DNA of 64,000 nt from Lama guanicoe (lineage: Eukaryota). Location: the NCBI GenBank assembly GCA_013239625.1, contig MU053881.1:15492373-15556372 (forward strand). Direction: 5' to 3'. A program made the translations under genes and the position numbers. How positions within the stretch are numbered: position 1 is the first letter of the stretch; the number at the start of each line of letters is the position of its first letter. The notes beneath the pieces are model-generated. The model was not told where the DNA came from. It did no database searches and worked only from the letters and a program-made list of their open reading frames with translations. Positions 12,756 through 22,673 of this stretch are shown piece by piece.

Positions 12756-13200
12756 TAGTGGGCTGAATGATTACCCTCCAAAAAACGTGTCCACCTGAAA
12801 CCTGTGAATGGGACCTTATTTGGAAATAAGGTCTTTGCAGATGAAATTAAGGTAAGGATCTCAAGATGAGCTCATCCTGGATTAGGATGAGTCCCAAATC
12901 CAATGATGAGTGTCCCAATAAGATAAGAAAAAGGATGAGATGTGAGACAGAGGAGATGGCCACATGAAGACAGATGCAGAGACTGCTGTAAGCCAAGACA
13001 TGCTAAGGGTTATAGGCACCTACCAGAAGCCAGGAGAGAGGCATGGGACAGATTCTCCCTCAGAGTCTCTAGAAGGAACCAACCCCACCAGCACCTTGAT
13101 CTCAGACTTTTGGCTTCCAGAACTGTGAGAGAATACATTTTTGATGTTTTAAGCAACCCAGTTCATGGTACTTTGTTTTGGTAGCCCTGGGAAACTCCCA
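12756..13200 (+). mobile_element. MaLR solo LTR (MLT1-like)
   Basis: GGGCTGAATG...CCTTATTTGGAAATAAGGTCTTTGCAGATG...CAGAACTGTGAGAGAATACATTT...GTACTTTGTT hallmark segments. Confidence 0.8.
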
Positions 13201-13339
13201 CACTTCCTCCCATCCCAAATAATGATGCCCCTGTCTTTGTCCTCTTCATGGAGTTATAGGATTTCTTTATATATGTTTGATACTATTCCTCTGTTAGTCA
13301 AGTATATTGCAGATATCTTTCCCTAGTTTGTTTTTCTTT

Positions 13340-13650
13340 TCAATTTTGTTTAAAATTGAAATATATAGTCAGTTTATAATGCATCGATCTCTGGTTTTCA
13401 GCATAATGTTTCAATTATGCATATATATACACATATTTGTTTTCATATTCTTTTTCATTATAGATTACTACAAGATATTGAATATAGTTCCCTGTGCTAT
13501 ACAGAAGAAAACTTGTTGCTCATTTTATGTATAGTAGTGTGTATCTGCAAATCTTGAACTCTCAGTTTATCCCTTCCCACCCTCCTTCCCTCCAGTAACC
13601 ATAAATTTGTTTACTATGTCTGTGAGTCTTCCCCTAGTTTGTAATTGTAT
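13340..13650 (-). mobile_element. LINE-1 3' end inside an older L1, followed by (TA)n
   Basis: Same antisense L1 3'UTR motifs as above; (TA)n at about 13648-13678. Confidence 0.75.
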
Positions 13651-14299
13651 ATATAAAATATATATATATATATATATTTTTTTTGCACATAACCCCTCAC
13701 CCACATGGGCTTGAGTTTTGTGTGATGTGGGAATCCAGTTTAATAATTTAATTGTTTTTAACATGGATTCTCACTTCCCAGATCCTTTATAAGATAGTCT
13801 CCCCTTTCTACTGCTGGGACAGACCTTCTCCATCTTGGAGCAAAATTCCTAACCTGCATTGGGTGTCTGTGAGTTGATCAATGTGTCTCTCCTGTGCCAA
13901 CATCCCTCTGGTTCAATTACAGGCTTTGTAATGGGTCCCAGCATCTGGTAGGACAGGTCACACTGCCTTGTTCTTCTGCAGAAGCATCCTGGCTATTTGC
14001 AGCCTTCTGCTTTTCCAGATAAAAATTTGAATCATCAAGTTCCGGGGGAAGAGCTCTGTTTTGACTTTGATTGGGGTTGTGTTAAAACTTTGGAGGGAAT
14101 CAGTGTCTTTTGAGCCTCAGCCTCCCTGTCCAAGGATATGATACATCCACCATCCCCATTGCTTCCTTCTTATCTCTTATTACAGCTGTTTTTGTTTCCC
14201 TGAAGTGTTCAGAGCACCATTTACTTCCTTTATTCCTCTTTTCTGATGCAGGGTCCTTTCACCAGATCTTCCATTCACCACTGCATTTTTTTATGCTTT

Positions 14300-14760
14300 G
14301 GATTTATTTTTTAGTTGAAATATAGTTGATTTACACTATTGTGTTAGTTTCTGATGTGCAGCATAGTGATTTAGTTATACATGTATTTTTTATATTCTTT
14401 TTCATTATAGGTTATTACAAGGTATTGAATATAGTTTCCTGTGCTATAGAGTAGGACCTTGTTGTTTATCCATTTTTTGTATAGTAGTTTATATTTGCTA
14501 ATTCCAAACTCCTAATTTATCCTCCCCCTGCTTTCCCTTTGGTAACCACGAGTTTCTTTTCTATGTCTGTGAATCTGTCTCTGTCTTGTAAATAAATACA
14601 TTTGTATCACTTTTTCAGATGCCACATATAAGTGATATCAAATGATATTTGTCTTTCTCTACTTACTTCACTTAGTATGATAATCTCCAGGTCCACCTAC
14701 ATTGCTGCAAATGGCATTGTTTCATTCTTTTTTATGGCTGAGTAGTATTCCATTATAGAT
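14300..14760 (-). mobile_element. LINE-1 3' end
   Basis: TTGAAATATAGTTGATTTACA...TTTTTATGGCTGAGTAGTATTCCATT. Confidence 0.8.
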
Positions 14761-15899
14761 CCTGCCTGTTTGGAGATGCGTGTCAAGCCCATTTTAAGCT
14801 CCTGACTTATCCGTCCTCATATTCTAACTCCTGGTGGAAGCCATGGTTCAGAGATTTTTTTTCCTGGTGAAATGATAGGTTTCTCTAGATCTAGTCATTT
14901 TGATCCCAGCCCATTTCCTCAGGACCATCAAAGATAAGGCCAACCCCAGTCCCTGAATCTCCAGGAATGAGATGAGTCCCCAGGTCCCCTAAAACCTCAG
15001 GCCATCATTTCTCACTTCCCCTCACTCCCCCAGCCCCAGCTTTTCCCCAGCATCTCCCAGGGAGGTGGCCCATGGGAAGGGAGGTCACTCTGTGTATTAG
15101 ATGTGCCCCCTCCCTCAGGGGTGAGGAGGGGCAGTCACTGCTCGGGTCATTCTGCCCATGGGTGTGGGGGTGTGCACATGGCGATGGTGGGGTAGGGGGC
15201 AGTGTGGGTGTTGGGGGAGTTGGGATGCTAGGAGCAGAATTCCCAGCCGCCCACTCGAGGCTGCCTGGCACCTCTTTCTCAGGCCTGGGCCATTCCCAGA
15301 GTTTTCTCAGCATCCCCCACTCTGGTGCCCCTGGGCCAATCTCCAGGAAGAGCTGAGATTTCCCTCAGTCTTGGACATCAGGCCTGGGATCAGCCTCAAG
15401 AGCCCAGAGGTCATTTAAAAATGCTCTGTGTCATGGAAAAATTTCAAACACACCCTGCAGTCAAGAACACACAGTGACCCGTGGGCCATCCCCAGATTCA
15501 CAGTGACCCCGCTGCTCTCACCCTGTGTCCACGACACCTCTTCTCCCTCGACCTTATTAGGTTCGGGCTAATCCCAAGGTCAGGCTCCTCACCCAAGATG
15601 CAGAATTTTTCTTACAGGACAAACTCGGTTCCAAAACCAAAATCGCCCCTGAGACCCACCAGAAGCTCGAGTCCCTTTCATCTGTTGGCCTCCAGCCTTC
15701 AGAGTCCTTCCAGCATCTCTCCAACCTGAGGGTCCCAACCACTGTCATAGCCTTGGAGCTGCTGGTTGGGAGCTTGGGATCTTGGTTTCTCCATCTGTAT
15801 GTCAAAGGGGCACCAGTCTCAGGCCAGGGAGGGGTCCGCAGGGCAGACCTGAGGGGTAGGACTAATGGCGCTTGCTTTCTATGCCTCCCCAGCCCCCAT

Positions 15900-16160
15900 C
15901 TCTGCTGTTGTCTCCCTGTCTCTCTCTCCATCTCTCTCTCTCTCTCTCTGTGTCTATATCCCTCTGCTTGTCTCTCTCCCCTATTTTTTCTCTCTCTGTT
16001 TCTCTTTCCCTGTCTCTCTCTCTCTCCAATCTTGCTGTCTCTGTCTCCCTATCTCTCCCTATCTGTGTGTGTGTCTCTCTCCCTGTCTCTCACTATCTCT
16101 CTCTGCCTCTCTGCTTGTCTCTCTCTGTCTCCCTCGTCTCCCAATGTCTGTCTGTTGGTC
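15900..16160 (+). repeat. CT-rich low-complexity tract
   Basis: Degenerate (CT)n/(CTGT)n. Confidence 0.75.
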
Positions 16161-17040
16161 TCACAGGTGTATCCAGTCCTCTGTCTGACTTCCCTGCAAC
16201 CCCTGCACCTACTGCTGGGCCTCCAGTCTGAGGGGCACAAGCTATTGGTGAACCTCCAGTGAATAGTTGATGGGCTGAACTTTCAAATGAGGTCAAAATT
16301 GCACCCACTGGGCCCAGCCCAGGTCTGGCCATCTTGCTCTGAACCTATTAATCCCCCTAACCTGGGGGTCACATGGCTGGGTCCCCAAAGCAGCCCGCTA
16401 GGTCCCCTTACCAGGCCATGAGCTCCCCCATTGGTCACCCTGAGTCCAACTTCTTAGTGACTTGGGGACTCTAGAGTCTCAGGATACTGGCCTGGGCTCC
16501 TCACTCTCCCCAAGATTGTTCTAGAATAGAAGCAGCCCCAAGACTGGCCTTGTCAAGGGGCATCTGTGCACTGGGGCGTGGCTAGGACAGTGCTGCTGCT
16601 CCACTGGGGTGCCCAGGCCACGCAGGGAAGGCTCCTGCCCTGTAGATTAGCAACCCGAGTATTTGGACAACGGTGAGATGTGCCATCTAGCCTTTACGTT
16701 GACCTTCATCAGCGTAAAACAAAACAGCAGCAGAGAGGGCAAAAGATACTAAATCCAACCCAGGATTTATTTATCCTACGTGACAGTACCTACCACATCA
16801 CCTCCAACCTACTTGGTCCCCACAACAGCCCCCCCAGCGAGGGGGTCCTTACCTCTATAGTACAGATGTGGAAACTCAGGCAGCATCTCTGTGCAACTGT
16901 AACAGCCAAAATGCCTCCATTTCTAAATGGACTGATCTTTGACCTCCTTCCTGTGTTTATATAATGGTACACTCACATATCTTTCACGAATGCTTTGTGT
17001 ATATCATGTTAATATTGACACAACTTAAAATACAAATGTG

Positions 17041-17153
17041 GAGGGAGGGTATAGCTCAGTGGTAGAGCAAATGCTTAGCATGCATGAGGTCTTGAGTTCA
17101 ATCCCCAATACCACCATTTAAAAAAAATAAATCTAATTACTCCCCCCCTAAAA
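17041..17153 (+). mobile_element. tRNA-derived SINE (camelid-type)
   Basis: GGGAGGGTATAGCTCAGTGGTAGAGC...GAGTTCAATCCCCAATACC, then an A-rich tail and a C-run. Confidence 0.85.
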
Positions 17154-17171
17154 AAAGAGGGAAGGTGAGTG

Positions 17172-17490
17172 TTGCTATAGACTGAATGTATGCATCCCCC
17201 CAAAATTCATAAATTAAAATTTTGATCCCCAATATGATGGTATTAGGTGATGGGGCCTTTGAGATGTGATCAGCTCATAAGGGTAGAGCCCCCATGATAG
17301 GATTAGAAGAGACATGGGAGAACCCACTTCCTCTTTCTTCTCTCCACCCTGTGAGGATGCAGCAAGAAGACAGCTGTCTCCAAACCAGGAGTTCTCACCA
17401 GACTCCACATCTGCTGGCACCTTGATCTGGGACTTCCCAGCCTTCAGAACTTTGAGAAATAAATATCTGTTTAAGCTCCCCAACCTTTGA
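17172..17490 (+). mobile_element. MaLR LTR (MLT1A/MST-like)
   Basis: TGCTATAGACTGAATG...CCCCAAAATTCATA...GGACTTCCCAGCCTTCAGAAC...AATAAAT. Confidence 0.75.
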
Positions 17491-17553
17491 GATATTAATA
17501 TATATGTTAATATCTATACATATTAATAATATGTATTATCTATAGATAGGTAA

Positions 17554-17554
<1 letters not shown>

Positions 17555-17595
<41 letters not shown>
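17555..17595 (+). repeat. (GATA)n microsatellite
   Basis: About ten tandem AGAT units, forming the tail of the adjacent antisense SINE. Confidence 0.9.
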
Positions 17596-17596
<1 letters not shown>

Positions 17597-17672
17597 TTAA
17601 TGGAGGTACTAGGGATTGAATCCAGGACCTTGCGCACGCTAAGCACATGTTCTACCACTGAGCTATACCCCA
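17597..17672 (-). mobile_element. tRNA-derived SINE (camelid-type)
   Basis: Reverse complement GGGGTATAGCTCAGTGGTAGAAC...GGATTCAATCCCTAGTACCTCC. Confidence 0.8.
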
Positions 17673-17819
17673 ACCCTCTCTGGTATTGTTGTCATAGAAA
17701 CTGAAACTGACTAAGACTGCATCCTGGGGTCACCACAAGTCCTTGGCCAGCAGCTTCTTCCTCCAGAGTCTGTTTCCCTGTCTGTAAAACGGGGATACTT
17801 ATGGAACCAGACTGGTGGG

Positions 17820-18560
17820 CTTTTTTTTGTTTTATTGAAGTATAGGTGATCTACAATATTATGTTAGTTTCAGGTGTACAATAAAGTGACTCACACAACA
17901 TTGTAAAATGACCATAACTCAATTTAAAAAAAGTTTTAAAAAAATAAAGTGACTCAGTTATATACATGTATATACATTCAGAGTATTTTCAATCATAGGT
18001 TATTACAAGATACTGAGTATAGTCCCCCATGCTATACAGTGGGTCCTTGTTGTTTATCTATTTCATATATAGTAGTGTATGTATGTTAATCCCAAACTCC
18101 TAATTTATACCCCCTCCTTTCCTCTTTGGTAACCAAAATTTTGTTTTCTATGTCTGTGAGTCTATTTCTGTTTTACAAATAAATCCATTTGTATCATTTT
18201 TTAGATTCCACATATAAGTGATATCATAGGATATTTGTCTTTCTCTGTCTGACTTACTTCGCTGAGTATAATATTCTCTAAGTCCATCCATGTTGCCACA
18301 AATGGCAACATTTCATTCTTTTTTAATGGCTAAGTAATACTCCATTGTATATATATACCACATGGTCTTAAACCAATTGTCTGTTGGTGGGCACTTGGGT
18401 TGTTTCCAACTTTTGGCTATTGTCAATAGTGCTGCTGTGAACATTGGGGTGCATGCATCTTTTCAAATTCGATTTTTGTCTCTTCCAGATATATGCCCAG
18501 GAGCGGGATTGCTGGATCATATGGTAGCTCTGTTTTTAGCTTTTTTTAAAGGAACCTCTA
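17820..18560 (-). mobile_element. LINE-1 3' end with nested short opposite-strand L1 tip
   Basis: T-tract, then the antisense L1 3'UTR; internal duplication AATAAAGTGACTCA at 17880-17893 and 17943-17956. Confidence 0.85.
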
Positions 18561-19795
18561 TAGTGGCTGAACCAATTTACTTTCCTGGTGGGGCTTTTGT
18601 GGCTATTAAATGAGGTCTCTCCCAGCAAGGCCTGGCTGGGCGCTCACCAGGGTTAGTGGTGCTATTACGGTGGTTGTCCTTGTTGCCACCCCAGCCCTCA
18701 TTCTTGGCCCTGAGACTTCCCAGCTGGGCATCTTGAAGCTCTTCTCTCTGCCTCCTGGCCCCACCCAGCAGCCTATGGCTGTGTCCCATTTCCCCTGTGT
18801 GTGTCTCCTGAGATGGCCAGGGCCTTGTGGGAGAGGAGGGTGTACCCGAGAGGCAGGCGATTGTGGAAATTCCAGGGCAGAGGCGATGTTGGGTGATGTT
18901 TGTCTTGCTCCCGCCAGGGCTGAGGTTGGGCTGGGGATTTCATCCTTCCCTCTGTGGGCGATTCAGGACACAACGTCCTGCCCAACTTGCCACGCAACCC
19001 TGGTCATCCTAAACTTAGCCTAGCCAGCCTTGCTTCTGGAGCTGGAAAATTGTCAAGAGGAGCTGGGGGTGGCATGAAAACAGCCCTTGAAACCATCATG
19101 TTCTCTGCCATCCCAGACCCTTTGCACATGCTGTGCCCTCTGCCTGGAACTCTCTGTCCTCTATATCTCCCCATCCAGGTTTCCATCAGGTCCTCCAGGA
19201 AGCCCTCCTGGACTTCTAGCACCGAGGATCTCCTTTGGCAGGTCTTGTCCAAGCTGTCAGTGGGCACTTATGGTGATGGCTGTGTTAATATCCATCTCCC
19301 TTGTTGATGGAGAGCCCTGGGCAGGCAAGGATTGAGGTGCCTGGCATACAGTAAGTATTCAATAAAGAGTTGTGGGATCAGTTACTGAATTCAGTAACTA
19401 CTTATTGAATCCTATTTTCCATTCACTCAATAACTCTTTACAGAGTCTTGCAGGGCACTGGGCCAGATTCTGGTTGCTGGGAATACACTATAAATGAAAA
19501 AAATTAGGACCCCCTGCCCTCCTGTGGGACCCCTGTGGTCCGGAGCTCTTGCTGATGTTCTAGTGAGACTCTTGAATAATGATACAATTCTTATCACTCA
19601 GGCCCTGGTCCTCAGAGACAGATGGTGCATGTATGAGTCAATCATCAGCCCTTACTCAAGGCGCATGCGCATGAGCTCCTGGGCGAGAAGGACGGTGAAT
19701 GTCAGTGGTACACACACCAAGGACTTCCTCTGTGCCTGGTCTGGAATTCCGTCTGGATCTTCACAACCTTCTGTAGGGGAGGCTTCATCAAAGTG

Positions 19796-19960
19796 GGACC
19801 AGATTTGTCAAATAAACATCACAGCACCCAGGGCAATACATTTTTTTTTTTAGTATATCCCCAAATGTTGTGTGGTCTATATTTATACTAAAAGAAAAAT
19901 TTTATTGTTTATCTGAATTTCAGAGTTAACTGGGTGTCCTGTATTTGTTTTGGCCACCCT
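19796..19960. mobile_element. MER53-like palindromic DNA transposon remnant
   Basis: TTGTTTATCTGAATTTCAGAGTTAACTGGGTGTCCTGTATT...GGCCACCCTG terminal segment; family by recall. Confidence 0.55.
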
Positions 19961-20242
19961 GTTCCATCCTTGTGCCTTTTTCACATATAGGGAAGCAGAG
20001 GCCCAGAGAGCTTAAGTGATGTGTCTAAAGTGGCACAGCCAAGGATGGACAGAGGGAGAATCCAAGTGGGACCACGGGACCCAGTGCCCTCAGTGCTCAA
20101 TTCCTGCCCTCACCAAAGAGCCCAGACTGAGCCCTGGGTCCTTTGAGTGAGCAAAAGCCACACCTCGCCTGGTCTGGGAGCACCCTCACTCCTGGTGCTG
20201 GAGGCAGCTACATGAGAAAGGTCCCCAGAACCAGGGCCCTCT

Positions 20243-20690
20243 GTAAACAGGAGGAGCCCATCCCACCGTCTGGATTCTGGCATCCGGAAGCAGGGCGGAT
20301 GGTCTCCTGTAAATAGCCGGTCTCATGTCACTGTAAACAGCTGGTGTGTAGAGTTGTCACAGTGCCCAAGTCTCAGTGTGACTGCCCTGTGACTCGATAC
20401 CCTGCCACCGGCCCCTGTCATTGGATACTTGGTAAACAGTGTTCTGAGAATAGGCAGCAGCGCCCCATCTGGTGATTGCCGTGCTGGGGCCAGTGGCTGC
20501 GTCCAGCTTAAACCCAGGTCCTGTCACCCTGTTAGCCATCCACACTTCCTTGGTTCTGAAACTTCGTAAACATCAAGTCCAAACCTATTACTTGTCAATA
20601 GTTAAACACTGTCAGTCATCAACTTGCCCTAAGATTTCTTAGCTGGCGACCTGGAAGCATTTTAAACCTAGTTCTGTTACTTTATAAACA
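20243..20690. promoter_or_regulatory. Candidate enhancer: forkhead motif cluster with GRE-like/STAT composite
   Basis: GTAAACA x4 (20243, 20333, 20432, 20566), GTAAATA (20309), ATAAACA (20684); GGTAAAcagTGTTCT at 20431-20445; TTCTGAGAA at 20442-20450. Confidence 0.55.
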
Positions 20691-20713
20691 ACGAATCCTG
20701 ATACTTTGTTACC

Positions 20714-21120
20714 CAGGGGGGTTGACAAACAGCTCTGGCCAGATCTAGAAATGGCTTCCACACTTTTCGATGACTGAAGATGTATCGAAAGAAGATGATT
20801 TTGTGACACATGAGAATTATATGAAATTCAGTGTTGGGGGTGAGTATAGCTCAGTGGTACAGCACACGCTTAGCATGCAGAAGATCCTGCATGCTCAGTA
20901 CCTTCATTCAAAAAAAAAAAAAAAACTGTATGAAATTTAAATTTCAATGTCCATGAATAAAATTTTATTGGGTTACCATCATGCTCACTCATTTGAGTAT
21001 TGTTTGCAGCTGCTTTCAAGCGAGCTGAGTTGACTAGTTGCAACAAACACAGCATGGCCCACAGAGATGAGATTATTTATAAACTGGATACTTATAGAAA
21101 AAGTTTGTCACCTCCCGACC
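20714..21120 (+). mobile_element. MER58-like DNA transposon interrupted by a tRNA-derived SINE (about 20836-20925)
   Basis: CAGGGGGGTTGACAAAC...AATAAAATTTTATTGG...ATGGCCCACAG...AAAGTTTG; the SINE starts GGGGGTGAGTATAGCTCAGTGGTAC and ends in poly-A. Confidence 0.6.
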
Positions 21121-22407
21121 TAAGCTCTCAGGCAGTCCCTGCTCCGTATATTATGCTTAGTATCCTGTTAGTAGTCAGTGGTCCATGATGTTCATATATT
21201 GTGCAAACAATGAGTTCAATGGTCCACGATGTTCATATATCATGTAGTGAGTCCCCTGACTTTAAGAGTCACATTCAGCCTGATGTACTGACATGCTTGG
21301 TCTAGTGACTATGGTCTCTGAGAGCAGTTAATGTTTCCTGAGATTGTCTCAACAGTCAATCCTGGGAAATGCAACCAAGATGAGACCCAAAGGGTGACTG
21401 AGAATTAGGCAAAGGATAAAAGAAGGATCTTGACACACTTGGGCAGGACCTTGAACCTGAGTGGAGGAGCTGGACTTCCTCTGTAGGGTGATGGGAAGCT
21501 GTGGCCAGAGTGTGAGTAAAGGAGGGGCATGATCAACGGAACCTCTCCTGACCTTGGATATCCCATCCATGCTATGAGCTGAAATGCCAAAATAAGGACC
21601 TGTGTAGGCCTGGAGTCTGGAAGGGAAAGATGCTCTGGATTGTGATGGGTAGGGTTTCAATTCTGCTCCCCCCACCCCCCCACCTCAAACACCAAGCAGA
21701 CTGTGGGAGGGAGGCAGCAAGGATCTGGAGGCCGGGGGTGAGGCCAGAGACTCTCCCTTAGGGGGATGTGCTCTGGGTTCCCGCAGTCTCCTTTGTTATT
21801 GCCTGTTCATTGGACACTCACTGGGTGCTGCAGCCCTGCCCTCTGCGAGCTCCCATTACAGAGGGGAGGTGGAGGATGATCGAACCCATCAATACATTGT
21901 AATTGTGAATTTTCAGAAGTGCAAGGGAAGGGCTGAGAGAGAGAATGAGGCAGGGCAGCTTAGGTCAGGGAGGCTGAGGGGCCTCTGAGAATGGGGATGT
22001 TTGAACTTAGACCTGGAGGAGAAGATGAGGGCCTTGTGAGGCGTGAGGGAAGGGCTAGCCGGGTAGAAGGAACAGCCAGTATAAAGGCCCTGAGGTGGGA
22101 CTGAACCTGTTGTGATGGAGGCTGTGGAGGCCAGGCCACAGGGGACCTTGTGGGCTTAGGGGAGGGTGTGTAAATGTTGGGATATGAGCCCTGTTTCAAG
22201 TTCTCATGGCTTCCCTGGGGCTGGGACATTGAGACACCAGCAAGAAACCCCCATAGCACTGGCTGGGCCTTGGAATATCTTTGGTCTATTTCACAGATGA
22301 ATCAGTTGGTGTGGAACTGATGTAAGGCCAAGACTAGAGGGGCTGAAGGCCTGGGCAGGGGAGTTTCCAGAACACATGGGCTCTGGGTGGAATGGAAATA
22401 TCTTGCG

Positions 22408-22409
22408 TT

Positions 22410-22497
<88 letters not shown>

Positions 22498-22616
22498 TCC
22501 TTCTTTCTTTCTTTCTTTCTTNNNNNNNNNNNNNNNNNNNNNNNNNNNNNNNNNNNNNNNNNNNNNNNNNNNNNNNNNNNNNNNNNNNNNNNNNNNNNNN
22601 NNNNTTCTTTCTTTTT

Positions 22617-22654
<38 letters not shown>

Positions 22655-22673
22655 TTTCTTTCTTTATTTCTTT
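22408..22673 (+). repeat. (TTTC)n microsatellite spanning an assembly gap (N 22522-22604)
   Basis: Long TTTC array on both sides of the N run; abuts a very short antisense L1 tip (GTATAGTCAGTTACATTGTGTC). Confidence 0.92.

Noticed and set aside
15753..16262. Leu/Ser/Cys-rich ORFs (also 8828-9251 and 26433-27118)
   Set aside because: Products of CT/GA low-complexity tracts.
17041..17115. tRNA gene (A/B boxes, TAGCTCAGTGGTAGAGC...GTTCAATCCC)
   Set aside because: Five diverged copies in the window, most with A/T-rich tails and several inserted in other repeats; these are SINEs.
20458..20476. CTCF-like motif (minus strand CACCAGATGGGGCGCTG)
   Set aside because: Two extra bases disturb the core spacing.
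21180..21240. Short direct duplications (GGTCCAyGATGTTCATATAT x2; also CAGATGGAGAACCTGAG x2 near 11696-11742)
   Set aside because: Two-copy local duplications with no further structure.
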